In this document: piece after piece, positions 1 through 10,316 of the stretch | Position numbering within the stretch: the first letter of the stretch is position 1 | Layout of the letters: each line of letters starts with the position of its first letter | Source of the DNA: Caldilineaceae bacterium | Lineage (GTDB): Bacteria; Chloroflexota; Anaerolineae; Caldilineales; Caldilineaceae | DNA: 64,000 bases | Reading direction: 5' to 3' | NCBI GenBank assembly: GCA_041391125.1 | Contig: JAWKON010000042.1 | Location: 3,154 to 67,153 of the forward strand | Position numbers and translations under genes: made by a program | The notes under the pieces: model-generated | Seen by the model: only the letters and a program-made list of their open reading frames with translations | Database searches by the model: none | Told to the model about the DNA's origin: nothing

Positions 1-92
1 TAAAATCTGTGTAATCTGTCAAGCTAATCCAGAAAACCTTTATAATTTGTGTATTTGTTTTTTTGGATTAGCCATAATAGAAGGATTTATCT

Positions 93-716
93 TTGGCTCT
101 CCAAAAACCAACCCTATTGGCGGCTGATTTTGAAGGCGTTTTTATCCCCGAAATTTGGATTGCCGTGGCCGAGCGCACGGGCATTGCGCAGCTTCGCTTG
201 ACCACCCGCGACATTGCCAATTATGATGAGCTGATGCAGATGCGTTTGGGCATTATTCGTGAACACAACCTGACCATCGCGCAAATTCAAGCCATAATCG
301 GTGAATTGGAGCCACTGCCAGGAGCATTCGACTTTATGCAGTGGGTGCGCATGCAAACCCAGTTTGTCATTCTCACCGACAGCTATTATCAGTTTGTGGC
401 CCCCTTTATGCCCAAACTGAACTACCCCACTATTTTTGCCCACATGTTGGAAATTGATGACGCCGGCATTATTACCGGCTATCACTTACGCACCGCAGAC
501 TCCAAGCGCAAGGCCGTGGAAGCATTTCGTGCAGCCGGTTTTTGCACAATGGCCACGGGCGATTCCTACAACGACACCACCATGCTGCTGGCGGCGGATA
601 AAGGCGTACTCTTTTGCCCACCGCCCAACGTCATCGCGGAATTCCCCCAACTGCCGGTGACCACAAACTATGCTGATCTCAAGGACCACGTTGTGCAGTT
701 TCTGGCTGCGGCCTAA
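93..716 (+). CDS. thrH: HAD-family phosphoserine phosphatase / homoserine phosphotransferase (ThrH-like)
   Basis: 207-aa ORF. It has an N-terminal HAD motif ([14 protein letters not shown]), TTRDI..YD..M and a C-terminal [10 protein letters not shown] motif. It is colinear over its full length with Pseudomonas ThrH as I remember it. The ORF track gives a non-ATG (TTG) start. Confidence 0.75.
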   Translation: MALQKPTLLAADFEGVFIPEIWIAVAERTGIAQLRLTTRDIANYDELMQMRLGIIREHNLTIAQIQAIIGELEPLPGAFDFMQWVRMQTQFVILTDSYYQFVAPFMPKLNYPTIFAHMLEIDDAGIITGYHLRTADSKRKAVEAFRAAGFCTMATGDSYNDTTMLLAADKGVLFCPPPNVIAEFPQLPVTTNYADLKDHVVQFLAAA

Positions 717-740
717 CGCGCCGCACGGAGGTATTCCAGC

Positions 741-1193
741 ATGAAATCCACTGCGACCAAGCCCAAGAATAGCAATTCTACGGCGGAGCTGATCAGCACC
801 ATTGGCTATATTTTGGCCGTCTCCTATCCGGTGCTGGCCCTTTCCACCGGCGTACGCGCCATCTATCAGCTGCTCAACCCAGCCACCACCTACTATTTCC
901 CGCCCGCCATGAGTGGCGTGGCCGCCCTCTGCTACTTGGTGGCTACGATTGGCTTTGCCTATCGGCGCAAATGGTCGTGGTGGCTTTCGGTGGCTGTCCT
1001 GGGGCTGGAAACAGCGTTGACGCTGATCATCGGCATCTGGAGCTTTGTCGATCCCGCGCTGATCGGCCGCACAGTCTGGCGGCACTTTGGCGCCGACTAT
1101 GGTTACTTTCCCTTTTTTCAGCCAGTTCTTGGCCTGGTCTGGCTAATCTGGCCCGCAACGCTGCGTCAATATGGCTTTCGGGGTTCTGAATAG
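741..1193 (+). CDS. small integral membrane protein, function unknown
   Basis: 150-aa ORF with a GGAGG RBS 8 nt upstream of the ATG and about 4 hydrophobic helices. I recognise no motif. Confidence 0.5.
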   Translation: MKSTATKPKNSNSTAELISTIGYILAVSYPVLALSTGVRAIYQLLNPATTYYFPPAMSGVAALCYLVATIGFAYRRKWSWWLSVAVLGLETALTLIIGIWSFVDPALIGRTVWRHFGADYGYFPFFQPVLGLVWLIWPATLRQYGFRGSE

Positions 1194-1323
1194 CCGCGGA
1201 TTCTTTTGGATCGCATGTGGTTGACAAGAGCCGTTCTGCCTTATAGCGCCGCGGTCTGTTCACTTTGCTTTGCTATTTTGATGCCGCCCTCCAAACAGTA
1301 TTCATTTTGAATGGAGAATTCAC

Positions 1324-2327
1324 ATGCCGCAACCATTTCGCTTGGGCTTTCTGACCCATCTCGAAGGCAAAGGCAGCCCGCACCAAATTTACCAGGACGG
1401 GCTGAAACTCATCACCACCGCCGATCAGTTGGGCTTTGACGTATTCTGGATTGCCCAGCACCACTTTACCGGCCACGTGGGGCGCATGCCGTCACCTTTC
1501 CCCTTTCTGGCGGCGGCAGCGGAACGCACCAAGCAGATCCGCCTGGGCACCTCCATTGTGGTGCTGCCGCTGGAGACGCCGCTGCGCGTGGCCGAAGACG
1601 CCGCCGTGGTGGACACGCTGAGCGGTGGGCGGCTGGAACTGGGCGTGGGCAGCGGCAGCGACCCGGCCGAGTATGAAGCATTTGGGGGGGCGGGGGATCA
1701 GCGCCACCAGTTGACCACCAGCGGACTAGAGACGATCAAACGGGCTTTGCGCGGCGAAACGCTGGGTGAAAAGGGACAGCAATTTTTCCCGCCGGCGCCC
1801 ACGCTGCTCAATCGGCTGTGGCAGAGCGGGCTGAGCCAGGTCGGCGCCCAGTATGTGGCGCGCAACGAGGCCGGTCTGCTGCTGGCCAAGGCGGCCTGGG
1901 GGCCGGATGAGGCCACCGACAAGCTGCAGCTTCCGGTGGCGGAAACGTATCTGGAAACTTGGTCCAGTTCAACCATTCAGCCGCGCATTGGGCTCTCGCG
2001 GGCATCTATCTGGCGGCGGACAAAGAGAGCGCCCTGGCCCAAGTAGGCGACGGCGTCATGCACGATGTGGCGGCGCGCATCCGGCAAGGGTTGGTTCCGG
2101 AGGGGTTGTCTCTGGAGCGCTACGCCCGCTATACGCATCTGGCTTATGGGCATCCCGAAGAAGTGGCCGCCACCCTGGCGGCCGATCGCGTGCTGCCCCA
2201 CACGACCGATCTCATTCTGCAATTTACGCCCATCTTTCCGCCGCTGGATCAGGCGCTGCACATGATGGAGCAGATCGCGACCGTGATTGGGCCAGCCTTG
2301 GGTTGGCAACCGCACCGGAATGCTTGA
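1324..2327 (+). pseudogene. LLM-class (luciferase-like) flavin-dependent oxidoreductase, one frame shift near 1960-1990
   Basis: ORF 1324-2046 has the LLM N-terminus (FDVFWIAQHHF, LGTSIVVLP, GGRLELGVGSG). ORF 1959-2327 in another frame supplies the matching C-terminus (GIYLAADKESA...LILQF). GGAG RBS before 1324. Confidence 0.75.
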
Positions 2328-2349
2328 TGTAAAAATTTGAACGCAAGAG

Positions 2350-2416
2350 ACGCAAAGGGCGCAAGAGGCGCAAAGAAAAATGCTAGCGTTGTTTGCGCCT
2401 CTTGCGCCCTTTGCGT
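2350..2416 (+). terminator. perfect 25-bp stem hairpin after the LLM gene (word family CGCAAAGGGCGCAAGAGG)
   Basis: 2350-2374 (acgcaaagggcgcaagaggcgcaaa) is the exact reverse complement of 2392-2416, with a 17-nt loop. It lies 23 nt after the stop at 2327. There is no clear U-tract, so it may be a terminator or an RNA-stabilising hairpin. Confidence 0.5.
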
Positions 2417-2529
2417 TAAATAAATATGTCGCCTTACGTACGGTTTGACCAATTGATCAAATTCTCTTAAGATACAGATATTCTATTTTATTTATTACAA
2501 TTTTTGTTTGCTCAAGATGGGGTGTCCAC

Positions 2530-3543
2530 ATGTTTTCTAGCCCTCGTTTCTACACGCTTCCCCTTATTACACTCATTTTGGCGTCCGCCATTATGCTCCT
2601 CAATACGCAACCCGCGCTAGCGCAATCGGCCACGCACGTTGTGCAGCCGGGTGACACGTTGGCCAACATTGCGGCAGCCTATGGCGTCAGCGCCAGTTCG
2701 CTAATTGCGGCCAATGGCATCGTCGATGTGGACCACGTTTGGGTGGGGCAATCGCTGATCATTCCCGGCGCCAGCAGCGGCAGCGCCGGCAGTTGGCGCG
2801 CCAGCAGCAGCGGCGGCAGCTATGTTACTGTGCAATCAGGCGACACGCTGAGCAATATCGCCGCCCGGTATGGCATGTCCGCCGGCGCCCTCATGCAGCT
2901 CAACGGCATTGCTGACCCGAACCACATTTGGGTGGGCCAGCAGTTGGCGGTGGGCAGCAGCGGGTATAGCGCCCCGGCGGCGGCGCCGGCCATTGCGGCC
3001 AGCAGCGGCGCGCTCCACGTGGTGCAGCCGGGCGAAACACTGTCGCAAATCGCCCAGACGTACGGCACAACCATGCAGGCGCTGCTCAACGCCAACGGGC
3101 TGGCCAATGCCGATCATGTGTGGGTGGGGCAACAGTTGGTGATTGCGGGGCAAGGGAGTACGGGCTATGGCGATCCGGCAAACGCCTTCGGCCCCAAGCG
3201 CATTGAGGTTAGTTTGAGCAGCCAGACCTTGAACGCCTGGCAAGGGGATACACTGATTCTCTCCACCTACATTAGCTCAGGCACGTACAATTATCCTACT
3301 GTGCAGGGCCATTTTCAAATCTATACCAAATTGCCCAGTCAGCGCATGTACGGGCCGGGTTACGACATTGAAGGGGTGCCATGGGTCATGTACTTTTGGC
3401 AGGATTACGCCCTGCACGGCGCATTTTGGCACAACAATTTTGGGACACCGATGAGCCACGGATGCATCAATCTGCGCACCGACCAGGCCGAGTTTTTATA
3501 CAATTGGGCTGATGTGGGGACCGATGTTTATGTGGAATGGTGA
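2530..3543 (+). CDS. secreted 3xLysM L,D-transpeptidase (YkuD domain)
   Basis: Signal peptide, then three LysM repeats (VVQPGDTL.NIA..YG). The C-terminal YkuD catalytic motif HGCINLRTDQAEFLYNW is present. Confidence 0.85.
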   Translation: MFSSPRFYTLPLITLILASAIMLLNTQPALAQSATHVVQPGDTLANIAAAYGVSASSLIAANGIVDVDHVWVGQSLIIPGASSGSAGSWRASSSGGSYVTVQSGDTLSNIAARYGMSAGALMQLNGIADPNHIWVGQQLAVGSSGYSAPAAAPAIAASSGALHVVQPGETLSQIAQTYGTTMQALLNANGLANADHVWVGQQLVIAGQGSTGYGDPANAFGPKRIEVSLSSQTLNAWQGDTLILSTYISSGTYNYPTVQGHFQIYTKLPSQRMYGPGYDIEGVPWVMYFWQDYALHGAFWHNNFGTPMSHGCINLRTDQAEFLYNWADVGTDVYVEW

Positions 3544-3547
3544 TCAA

Positions 3548-4510
3548 TCATCCCTCATCCACAAAGCCATATGCCCGCGACACAATATAGAGTGGCCGGT
3601 TTTTCACTTCGTCGTAGATGCGCCCCAAATATTCACCAATGATGCCCAGAAAGATTAGCTGGATGCCGCCCAGAAAGAGCACGCTGACCAGCGTGGTGGC
3701 TTGCCCTTCAAAAAAGTGCGAGCCGGACATGCGCAGCGCAATGGTGAGTAAAATGCCCAGCAGGCTCAAAATAGCCAGCCCAAAGCCAAAATAGGTGGCC
3801 AGTTGCAGCGGCAAATAGCTAAAGCCCGTAATGGCGTTGTTGGCCAGCCGCAACATTTTACGCAACGGATACTTGGTCTCGCCGGCAAAGCGCTCCTGGC
3901 GCTCATACTCCACGGCGATCTGTTTAAAGCCCACCCAACTGCTCAACCCGCGCATAAAGCGGTGCTTCTCGCGCAGTTTACGCATGGCCAGCACCACCCG
4001 CCGGTCCATCAACCGAAAGTCGCCGGCATCTAGCGGGATGTCAATGTCATCGGTAATGCTGGCCAACAGCCGGTAAAAGAGGCTGGCCGTCCACAGCTTA
4101 AAGCGGGTTTCCCCGGCGCGCGTGGTGCGCACGGCGTAGGCCACCTCATACCCTTCCCGCCAGCGCGCGATCATCTCCTCGATCACGCTGGGGGGGTCTT
4201 GCAGATCGGCGTCCATAACAATGACCGCATCGCCTTCGGCAAAGTCGGCGCCCGCCGTAATGGCTACCTGATGGCCAAAATTACGGCTGAAGTCGATCAC
4301 TTTGACGCGCGGGTCCTGCTTATGCATGTCCAGCAGCATTTCCAGCGAGCGGTCCTTGCTGCCATCGTTGACGCAAATCAGCTCCCAGCTTTCTCCCTGA
4401 CGGTCCATTACATCTACTACACGCTTGTAGAGTTCGGGGATCACCAGCTCTTCATTCCAAATGGGCACAACTACAGAAAAGGTCGGACGAATTGGCATAA
4501 GTTCAATCAA
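3548..4510 (-). CDS. family 2 glycosyltransferase (polyprenyl-phosphate sugar transferase, GtrB/ArnC-like)
   Basis: [11 protein letters not shown]...ICVNDGSKD...[10 protein letters not shown] motifs plus two C-terminal TM helices. Confidence 0.85.
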   Translation of the reverse strand: MIELMPIRPTFSVVVPIWNEELVIPELYKRVVDVMDRQGESWELICVNDGSKDRSLEMLLDMHKQDPRVKVIDFSRNFGHQVAITAGADFAEGDAVIVMDADLQDPPSVIEEMIARWREGYEVAYAVRTTRAGETRFKLWTASLFYRLLASITDDIDIPLDAGDFRLMDRRVVLAMRKLREKHRFMRGLSSWVGFKQIAVEYERQERFAGETKYPLRKMLRLANNAITGFSYLPLQLATYFGFGLAILSLLGILLTIALRMSGSHFFEGQATTLVSVLFLGGIQLIFLGIIGEYLGRIYDEVKNRPLYIVSRAYGFVDEG

Positions 4511-4765
4511 CTATTGGCGTGACGTTTTGTAACCACAGATTGCACAGATAACACAGATTTTGGCGCATAGATAGCGCGGCCACCTAATGCGGCTTGCACC
4601 CATGCAGTTCAATGTGTATATTGTAGCTGCTATTCTACCTTAATCAATCGCGTGAATCTAATCTTACCAATGGCGTTGTGATCAACCGATTGCCCAGACT
4701 TCGGTGTGCGCGCAGTCGAATGATTCAACCGATTTATGGGTTTCTTGCAAGCGTAGGAAAAACAA

Positions 4766-5482
4766 GTGAACAAAAACGAAATGCAACCTACCGGCCCCGC
4801 CGCTGATTTGGCGGGCAGCCTGCCGCTCTTTCCACCCCAGCCCGGCATTGCTTCCGACGGCCGCGTGCTGGGCAACGCTCTACGGCTGCCGGATTTTGGC
4901 CAGAAATATTTAGTCTTTAATCGCATTGGTGTGCCTGGCCAGGTCCACGTTTACCGGGCCGATTGCCGAGCCGGGGATCGACTGCGGGCGCAGATATTTG
5001 CCCCCGTCTTGCCGCTGGGCGGCAGCATCAGCCCGCGCTTCGCTATTGTGGCCCAAAGCCTGCCCTACAGCGCCGATGTCCACCAACTGCCCTTTGATTT
5101 ACCCGCCGGCTTTAGTGCAGTGGTGGCGCCGGAACACAGGAAACCTCTGGCGCCGGTCACCGATCTGCTTACGCGGGTCAACTACCATCCCGGCCCAGTG
5201 GTGGATACGCGCACATTGGTGGGCGGGCGTTGTTATGTGGTGGTGTGGAGCCCGCAAAACCAGATGGGCAAATATGTGCTGCAAACCGGTCACCGCTGGC
5301 CTGTCCGCCTGAGCTACTGGGCGCAGATCCCGCGCTTCTGGTGGCAGATTCGCGGCTGGTTTGGCCAAAGCCGCGCCGTGGCCTATATTGCGCTGACCGG
5401 GCTGCTGCTCGCAACCTTTTGGCTGCTGCTGCGTAATAGAGAGGGAGTTGAAGGAATGGACAATGACAAGGTGACTGGATGA
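4766..5482 (+). CDS. hypothetical protein with C-terminal TM helix
   Basis: 238-aa ORF with a GTG start and coding-like composition. No motif recognised. The last residues (DNDKVTG) are encoded by the GATGACAAG word repeat. Confidence 0.4.
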   Translation: MNKNEMQPTGPAADLAGSLPLFPPQPGIASDGRVLGNALRLPDFGQKYLVFNRIGVPGQVHVYRADCRAGDRLRAQIFAPVLPLGGSISPRFAIVAQSLPYSADVHQLPFDLPAGFSAVVAPEHRKPLAPVTDLLTRVNYHPGPVVDTRTLVGGRCYVVVWSPQNQMGKYVLQTGHRWPVRLSYWAQIPRFWWQIRGWFGQSRAVAYIALTGLLLATFWLLLRNREGVEGMDNDKVTG

Positions 5483-5541
5483 CAAGATGATACGGTGATT
5501 TTTTCAGACCCAGTCATCTTGTCATCCGATCATCTTGTCAT
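5463..5541. repeat. word hairpin, family GATGACAAG / CTTGTCATC
   Basis: The G-rich arm (ggatgacaagatgat) and its complement (atcatcttgtcat, catcttgtcatcc) flank a short loop, immediately upstream of the ArsA-type gene. Confidence 0.8.
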
Positions 5542-5560
5542 ATAAAAAAGGGACACACAC

Positions 5561-6787
5561 GTGCGAATTATTCTCTACTTGGGCAAAGGCGGCGTGGGCA
5601 AAACCACTGTGGCCGCCGCATCGGCCCTACGCAGCGCCGAACTGGGCAAGCGGACGCTGGTGGTCAGCACCGACATTGCGCACAGCCTGGCCGATAGTTT
5701 GGATACACCGCTGGGCAGCCTGCCGGTGGAAGTGGCGCCCAACCTCTTTGCGCAAGAAATTAACGTGCTAGACGAGGTGCGCCAGCATTGGGGCAAGCTG
5801 CAAAATTATGTGGGCGGCATGTTGCGTCGCCAGGGCATGGACAAAGCCATTGCCGAAGAGATGGCCATCATCCCCGGCATGGAGGAAATTGTAAGCCTGC
5901 TGCACATTCACAAGCAGGCCAAAGAGGGCGAATTTGACCGCATCATTGTCGACGCGGCGCCCACCGGCGAAACCATGCGTCTGCTCACCATGCCGGAAAG
6001 TTTCAACTGGTATGTGGAGCGCTTCTTTGGCTGGGGCGATGCCACCACGCGGCTGGCCGCCAATTTGGTGCGCCGTTTTGTACCCGAAGCCAATCTGTCA
6101 CTAAACCTGTCCAATCTGATTGATGGGGTAAAAGAACTGCAACAGGTGCTGATCGACCCCACGGTGACCAGCTACCGCGTGGTGCTGAATCCCGAAAAGA
6201 TGGTCATTAAAGAGGGCGCGCGCGCAATTACCTATCTGTCGCTCTTTGGCTATCCGGTGGATGCGGCTGTGGTCAACCGCATTCTGCCGGGCGTGCAGTT
6301 GACGCGTGAGCCAGCGCCGCGCGGCGGGTTGGGCCGCATTGTGTCCGCCAGCGTGGCGCAGCCCAGCGTAGATCCATATCTGCACACTCTGCAAAAAACG
6401 CAGGCGAGCTATCTGACCGAAATCGGACGCGATTTTTATCCGCTGCCCATATTGAGCGCCGAATGGAGCGCCAACGAAATGGTGGGGCTGGCGCGGCTGC
6501 ACGATCTAGCCGCCACGCTCTTTGCCGACGCTGATCCAGGGCAGATTTTCTTTGTGGGGCAAACGCAGGAAGTGATCGAAGAGGGGAATGATTTTGTGCT
6601 CAAGCTGCCGCTGCCTTCGGTCGAGCTGAACAAGGTCAAGCTGACCAAGCGCGGGGATGAGCTTTTCGTCACCATTGGCAACTTCAAGCGGGAGCTGCTG
6701 CTGCCCGCCGTGCTGGCGCAGCGCAATGCGGCCGGGGCAGTCTTTGCAAATGGCATGTTGCAAGTGCGTTTTCCACCGGGACCGTAG
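5561..6787 (+). CDS. ArsA/Get3(TRC40)-family ATPase with C-terminal HSP20-like domain
   Basis: The deviant Walker [10 protein letters not shown] is followed by STD.AHSL. The C-terminal ~70 aa (VLKLPLP...[24 protein letters not shown]) look like the ArsA_HSP20 domain. GTG start. Confidence 0.85.
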   Translation: MRIILYLGKGGVGKTTVAAASALRSAELGKRTLVVSTDIAHSLADSLDTPLGSLPVEVAPNLFAQEINVLDEVRQHWGKLQNYVGGMLRRQGMDKAIAEEMAIIPGMEEIVSLLHIHKQAKEGEFDRIIVDAAPTGETMRLLTMPESFNWYVERFFGWGDATTRLAANLVRRFVPEANLSLNLSNLIDGVKELQQVLIDPTVTSYRVVLNPEKMVIKEGARAITYLSLFGYPVDAAVVNRILPGVQLTREPAPRGGLGRIVSASVAQPSVDPYLHTLQKTQASYLTEIGRDFYPLPILSAEWSANEMVGLARLHDLAATLFADADPGQIFFVGQTQEVIEEGNDFVLKLPLPSVELNKVKLTKRGDELFVTIGNFKRELLLPAVLAQRNAAGAVFANGMLQVRFPPGP

Positions 6788-6805
6788 GACAATCATTTTG
6801 AACAT

Positions 6806-6854
6806 AAATCAAATAATCGGGCCGAGGCTTAGCCTCGGCCCGATTATTTGATTT
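6806..6854. terminator. bidirectional intrinsic-type terminator between convergent genes
   Basis: Perfect 23-bp stem (aaatcaaataatcgggccgaggc / gcctcggcccgattatttgattt) with a 3-nt loop and A/T-rich flanks on both sides. It lies between the stops at 6787 (+) and 6877 (-). Confidence 0.75.
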
Positions 6855-6876
6855 ATGGTTTAGCGAACATCCACCA

Positions 6877-7953
6877 TCATTTTCCAAACCCCTGCGCAAA
6901 CGTCCGAATCTCCTCGGCCCCGTCCAGCACGCCGATTTCCAGATGAAACTCGCGCACTTCGCCGGGCTGGATGTGTTGGAGCAAGCCGTGTTTGCGATTC
7001 CAGGCCCGGCCCAACATGCTGGCGTTGCCCGGCTCGACGCCGGTGACGTAAGTGCCGCGGTGGAAGTGCTGCCACTGGTTCACAATGGGGATTTCGTTGA
7101 TGGGGAAACTCCAGGTCAGCCCCAATTGCAGGTTGTCATTGATCAGCCCGACCTGCACGTTGCCGTCGGCGTCGGGACGCGGGCGGTGCACAAAGACGGC
7201 GTCGGACACATCGCGCTGCGGCGCTTTGGCCACCGTGTATTCATCCGGTCCGACTTCGCGATCTTCCAGCCATTCGGTCGTCTTGGCGCTGTTGATCAGA
7301 AAGCGCGTCCCCGCATCTAGCAGCGGGAAGCCGGGGTTGCAGTGATACACATACATAAAAGGCGAACGATCCACGCTGAGATTCTCCACGCGGTCGTGGA
7401 TGCGCAGCCGCTTTTCGCCCAGCACGGTGGAGATTTCGCGGGTCAGCTCCAAGTTGGCGCCAAAAACCACGGCCTCACGGATTTTGCCGCGCACGCGGAT
7501 CACATAGTCATCGCCCTCCCAACCGGCGTCGGCGACCACGTTTTTGGCGGGCAGATTGGCCAGCCGCCCGTGCAGACCCAGCTCTTCATTTTCTTCCTCG
7601 GGGTCCACTTCGGGGTGGCCGGTAAAGGTCATGCCGCAGCTTGTGACCAGCCCGCCGAAAAAGCTGCGCATCCAGCCGTAACCCTGTGGCTCGTAGAAGG
7701 CCGGGCCTATATCGCCCACGCTGCCGCGGAAGCAGAGCGACATGCCTTTGTAGTGGGCCGAAGCAATGTCCAGCGCCCGTCCCGGCAGAATGGAAAAGCA
7801 GAGACCCGAAGCGTTGAAGACCTCGATCAGGTCCGACCCGCGCTCGTTGCCTTCCACCAGTTCGGCCTTGCGGGCGTGGGCCACTTGGGACATATCGCCC
7901 ACCAGATCGAGCAGTTCGCGCTTGGTGTAGGTGCGTCCAAACAAATTGGGCAT
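6877..7953 (-). CDS. aldose 1-epimerase family protein (DUF4432-like)
   Basis: MPNLFGRTYTKRELL...SGLCFSILPGRALDI...HGRLANLPA pattern. I moved the start to the ATG at 7953 because AAGGAGG lies 6 nt upstream. The longer track ORF (to 8073) runs into a repeat. Confidence 0.75.
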   Translation of the reverse strand: MPNLFGRTYTKRELLDLVGDMSQVAHARKAELVEGNERGSDLIEVFNASGLCFSILPGRALDIASAHYKGMSLCFRGSVGDIGPAFYEPQGYGWMRSFFGGLVTSCGMTFTGHPEVDPEEENEELGLHGRLANLPAKNVVADAGWEGDDYVIRVRGKIREAVVFGANLELTREISTVLGEKRLRIHDRVENLSVDRSPFMYVYHCNPGFPLLDAGTRFLINSAKTTEWLEDREVGPDEYTVAKAPQRDVSDAVFVHRPRPDADGNVQVGLINDNLQLGLTWSFPINEIPIVNQWQHFHRGTYVTGVEPGNASMLGRAWNRKHGLLQHIQPGEVREFHLEIGVLDGAEEIRTFAQGFGK

Positions 7954-8001
7954 GGGTTTCCTCCTTGGTAACGTTGAATTTAGGGCAAAAGGGGTAAGGA
8001 A

Positions 8002-8064
8002 CCACAGATTGCGCAGATTATTTTGGGGAGACAGAAAATCTGCGTAAATCTGCGCAATCTGCGG
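8002..8064. repeat. word hairpin, family CAGATTgCgCAGATT
   Basis: ccacagattgcgcagatt (8002-8019) pairs with aatctgcgcaatctgcgg (8047-8064) at 17/18 positions. It sits directly after the stop of the TMEM43-like gene. Confidence 0.8.
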
Positions 8065-8069
8065 TTTGA

Positions 8070-9170
8070 TCAAACTGGATTCGTAACTGGCTGGCGCTGG
8101 CTATACCACCAGTACGCGCCGCCGCCGATGACCAGCAGCAGCAGGATTAGAATAATCGGCGAGTGGGCCACAAAGGAGATGATCATAATCGTCACCGACA
8201 GGACCACCGCCAAGACCAGCAGCACCAGTCGCACGGCCATGCGGCCCAGCCCGCCCACCAGCGGGATCACGCCGAGCATTTGGGTCAGCGGGCTGATGGC
8301 CAGCAGGAAGCTGATCCACATGAGGAGCGTGCCAAAGAAGCGCATGCCCCAAAGCAGCATCCTATATTCGTTGCCCATCTGTTCAATCGCCGCTTCCGGG
8401 CCGGAGGCAAAGGCGCGATAGAGCGTGTCGCCGCGGCGGTGGACGTAGGGCGCAATGCGGTTGTCGGCAAGCTGGCCAAAGGCGGTCACGTCCAGCCCTT
8501 CATCCACCACTTTGTACGAAATGCGCAGGTCGCCCACCGACGGTTCTTCCAGCAGACCATCACCCTCAAAGAGATATTTGCCCTCGGCATAGCGATTCGC
8601 GTCGGGCATGATAATGCCATCATCCAAAATCAATTCGCGGCTGGGCGGCATGGTGAGGCTGCGGGCGTCCAGCGTATAGGCGCCGATTTTGACGGTGGCC
8701 ACCGTCTTTTTGGTGGATTCGACAGTCAGCGGCGGGTTTTCATGGTCAGCGGGTACAGCGAATTTGGCCGAATCTTGCGGGCTGTCGGTCCAGCCCCGCT
8801 CATATTCATAGTCATTGGGCGCCTTATCGCCCGAACTGCTGCCGGATGAGCCTTTGGCGCCTTCGCGCTTGCGCTCGATCCAGGCGTACATTTCCACGTC
8901 GCGATTCAACGCCACGTACGGACCGGGCTGCAAATAGGGCGCATCGCCCAGCGGCTCATCGCTGCGCAACTTGCCACTCACCGCCACCAGCTTGCCTTCG
9001 GCCGCGCTGTCCACGCTTTCCGGCGACAAAATCACCGCATCTTTGGCCACGCGCCCAAAATCGACGCGCCCCTCATTCGTCCACAACAGATAAACCGCAC
9101 CCACAAACAGCAACGCCCCCGCCCCTACGCGGAACAGAACGCTGCCCAAACAACCGGAACTTCGGAACAT
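8070..9170 (-). CDS. TMEM43 (DUF1625)-family membrane protein
   Basis: An N-terminal TM helix with LWTNEGR, a long soluble middle part, and a C-terminal cluster of 3-4 TM helices. The architecture and N-terminal motif match bacterial TMEM43 homologues as I recall them. Confidence 0.6.
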   Translation of the reverse strand: MFRSSGCLGSVLFRVGAGALLFVGAVYLLWTNEGRVDFGRVAKDAVILSPESVDSAAEGKLVAVSGKLRSDEPLGDAPYLQPGPYVALNRDVEMYAWIERKREGAKGSSGSSSGDKAPNDYEYERGWTDSPQDSAKFAVPADHENPPLTVESTKKTVATVKIGAYTLDARSLTMPPSRELILDDGIIMPDANRYAEGKYLFEGDGLLEEPSVGDLRISYKVVDEGLDVTAFGQLADNRIAPYVHRRGDTLYRAFASGPEAAIEQMGNEYRMLLWGMRFFGTLLMWISFLLAISPLTQMLGVIPLVGGLGRMAVRLVLLVLAVVLSVTIMIISFVAHSPIILILLLLVIGGGAYWWYSQRQPVTNPV

Positions 9171-9197
9171 GTGTACTCACTTTCTGTTTACTGCATG

Positions 9198-9271
9198 AAA
9201 GGGGGAAAGGGGGAAAGGGTGAAGGGGAGCCGTTGAGCGATTCCCCCTTTCACCCCTTCACCCTTTCACCC
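9198..9271. repeat. word hairpin, family GGGGAAAGG/GGTGAAGGG
   Basis: gaaagggggaaagggggaaagggtgaaggggag ... ttccccctttcaccccttcaccctttcacccc, lying between two minus-strand genes. Confidence 0.8.
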
Positions 9272-9284
9272 CGTCATTTTTCTT

Positions 9285-10295
9285 TCACCAACGGAACTGA
9301 TGTGGCCCAAAATCGGCTTCGTAAAAGGCCGAGACCATGCGGCCGGGCGGCACGAGCTGATCGATGGCGGCGCGGTCTTCGTCAGTAATTTCGACATCCA
9401 GCGCGCCCAGGTTGTCCACGAGCTGCTCCATGGTGCGCGGACCGATGATGGGGCTGGTGACGCCCGGCTGGTGGATCACCCAGGCCAGCGCCAACTGGGC
9501 CACAGTGCAGCCTTTGGCAGCGGCTATGGGCTGCAAGCCTTCCACCACGTCGTAGCTCTCGGCGGTCTTGCGCGCCTCCATGCGAGCGTTGCCGGCCACG
9601 TCGGCATAGCGGGCGCCGGAGGGCGACGGATTTTCACGCGTATATTTGCCGGTGAGCAGGCCGCCGGCCAGGGGGCTCCACGGGATGGTGGCCACGCCGT
9701 AGGTTTGGGCCATGGGCAGCAGTTCGCGCTCAATGCGGCGGTCCAGAATGTTGTAGGGCGGCTGCTCGCATATAAAGCGGTTGAGCCCCAGCTCTTTGGA
9801 GACCCAGAGCGATTCCATAAATTGCCAGGCCGCATAGGTGCTGGTGCCAATGTAGCGCACTTTGCCGGCGCGGATCAGGTCGTCCAGCGCGCGCAGCGTC
9901 TCGTCAATGGGTGTGTCCGAGCGCGGGCGGTGCATCTGATAGAGGTCGATGTAGTCGGTTTGCAGACGGCGCAGAGAGGCGTCGCACTGCTCAATAATGT
10001 GGCGGCGGCTGGTGCCGGAGGCGTTGGGATCGTTGTCGTCCATGGCGCCGTGGACTTTGGTGGCCAGCACAATCTGGTGGCGCTTGCCGTTGCGCTTGAG
10101 CGCTTCGCCGGTCACCTCTTCGCTGCGCCCGCGCACGTAGACATTGGCCGTGTCCAGAAAATTGATGCCGGCGTCGATGGCGCGGTCGATAATCGCGTAC
10201 GAATCTTCAGGCGTGGTCTTGCCGCCAAACATCATGCAGCCCAGGCACAGCGGGCTGACTTTGGCGGCGGTCCTGCCGAGGGTTCGATATTGCAT
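9285..10295 (-). CDS. aldo/keto reductase
   Basis: MQYRTLGRT...VSPLCLGCMMFGG...AGINFLDTANVY...LYQMHRP are hallmark AKR motifs. Confidence 0.9.
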   Translation of the reverse strand: MQYRTLGRTAAKVSPLCLGCMMFGGKTTPEDSYAIIDRAIDAGINFLDTANVYVRGRSEEVTGEALKRNGKRHQIVLATKVHGAMDDNDPNASGTSRRHIIEQCDASLRRLQTDYIDLYQMHRPRSDTPIDETLRALDDLIRAGKVRYIGTSTYAAWQFMESLWVSKELGLNRFICEQPPYNILDRRIERELLPMAQTYGVATIPWSPLAGGLLTGKYTRENPSPSGARYADVAGNARMEARKTAESYDVVEGLQPIAAAKGCTVAQLALAWVIHQPGVTSPIIGPRTMEQLVDNLGALDVEITDEDRAAIDQLVPPGRMVSAFYEADFGPHQFRW

Positions 10296-10316
10296 GAGAT
10301 TTTTCCTTTCGTTTCT

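Noticed and set aside
8846-9388. Pro/Arg-rich 180-aa ORF, plus other ORFs made of repeat words (21111-21323, 19195-19290, 61651-62109).
   Set aside because: They are generated by translating G/C-rich word repeats or the antisense of real genes. They have no start context and extreme low-complexity composition.
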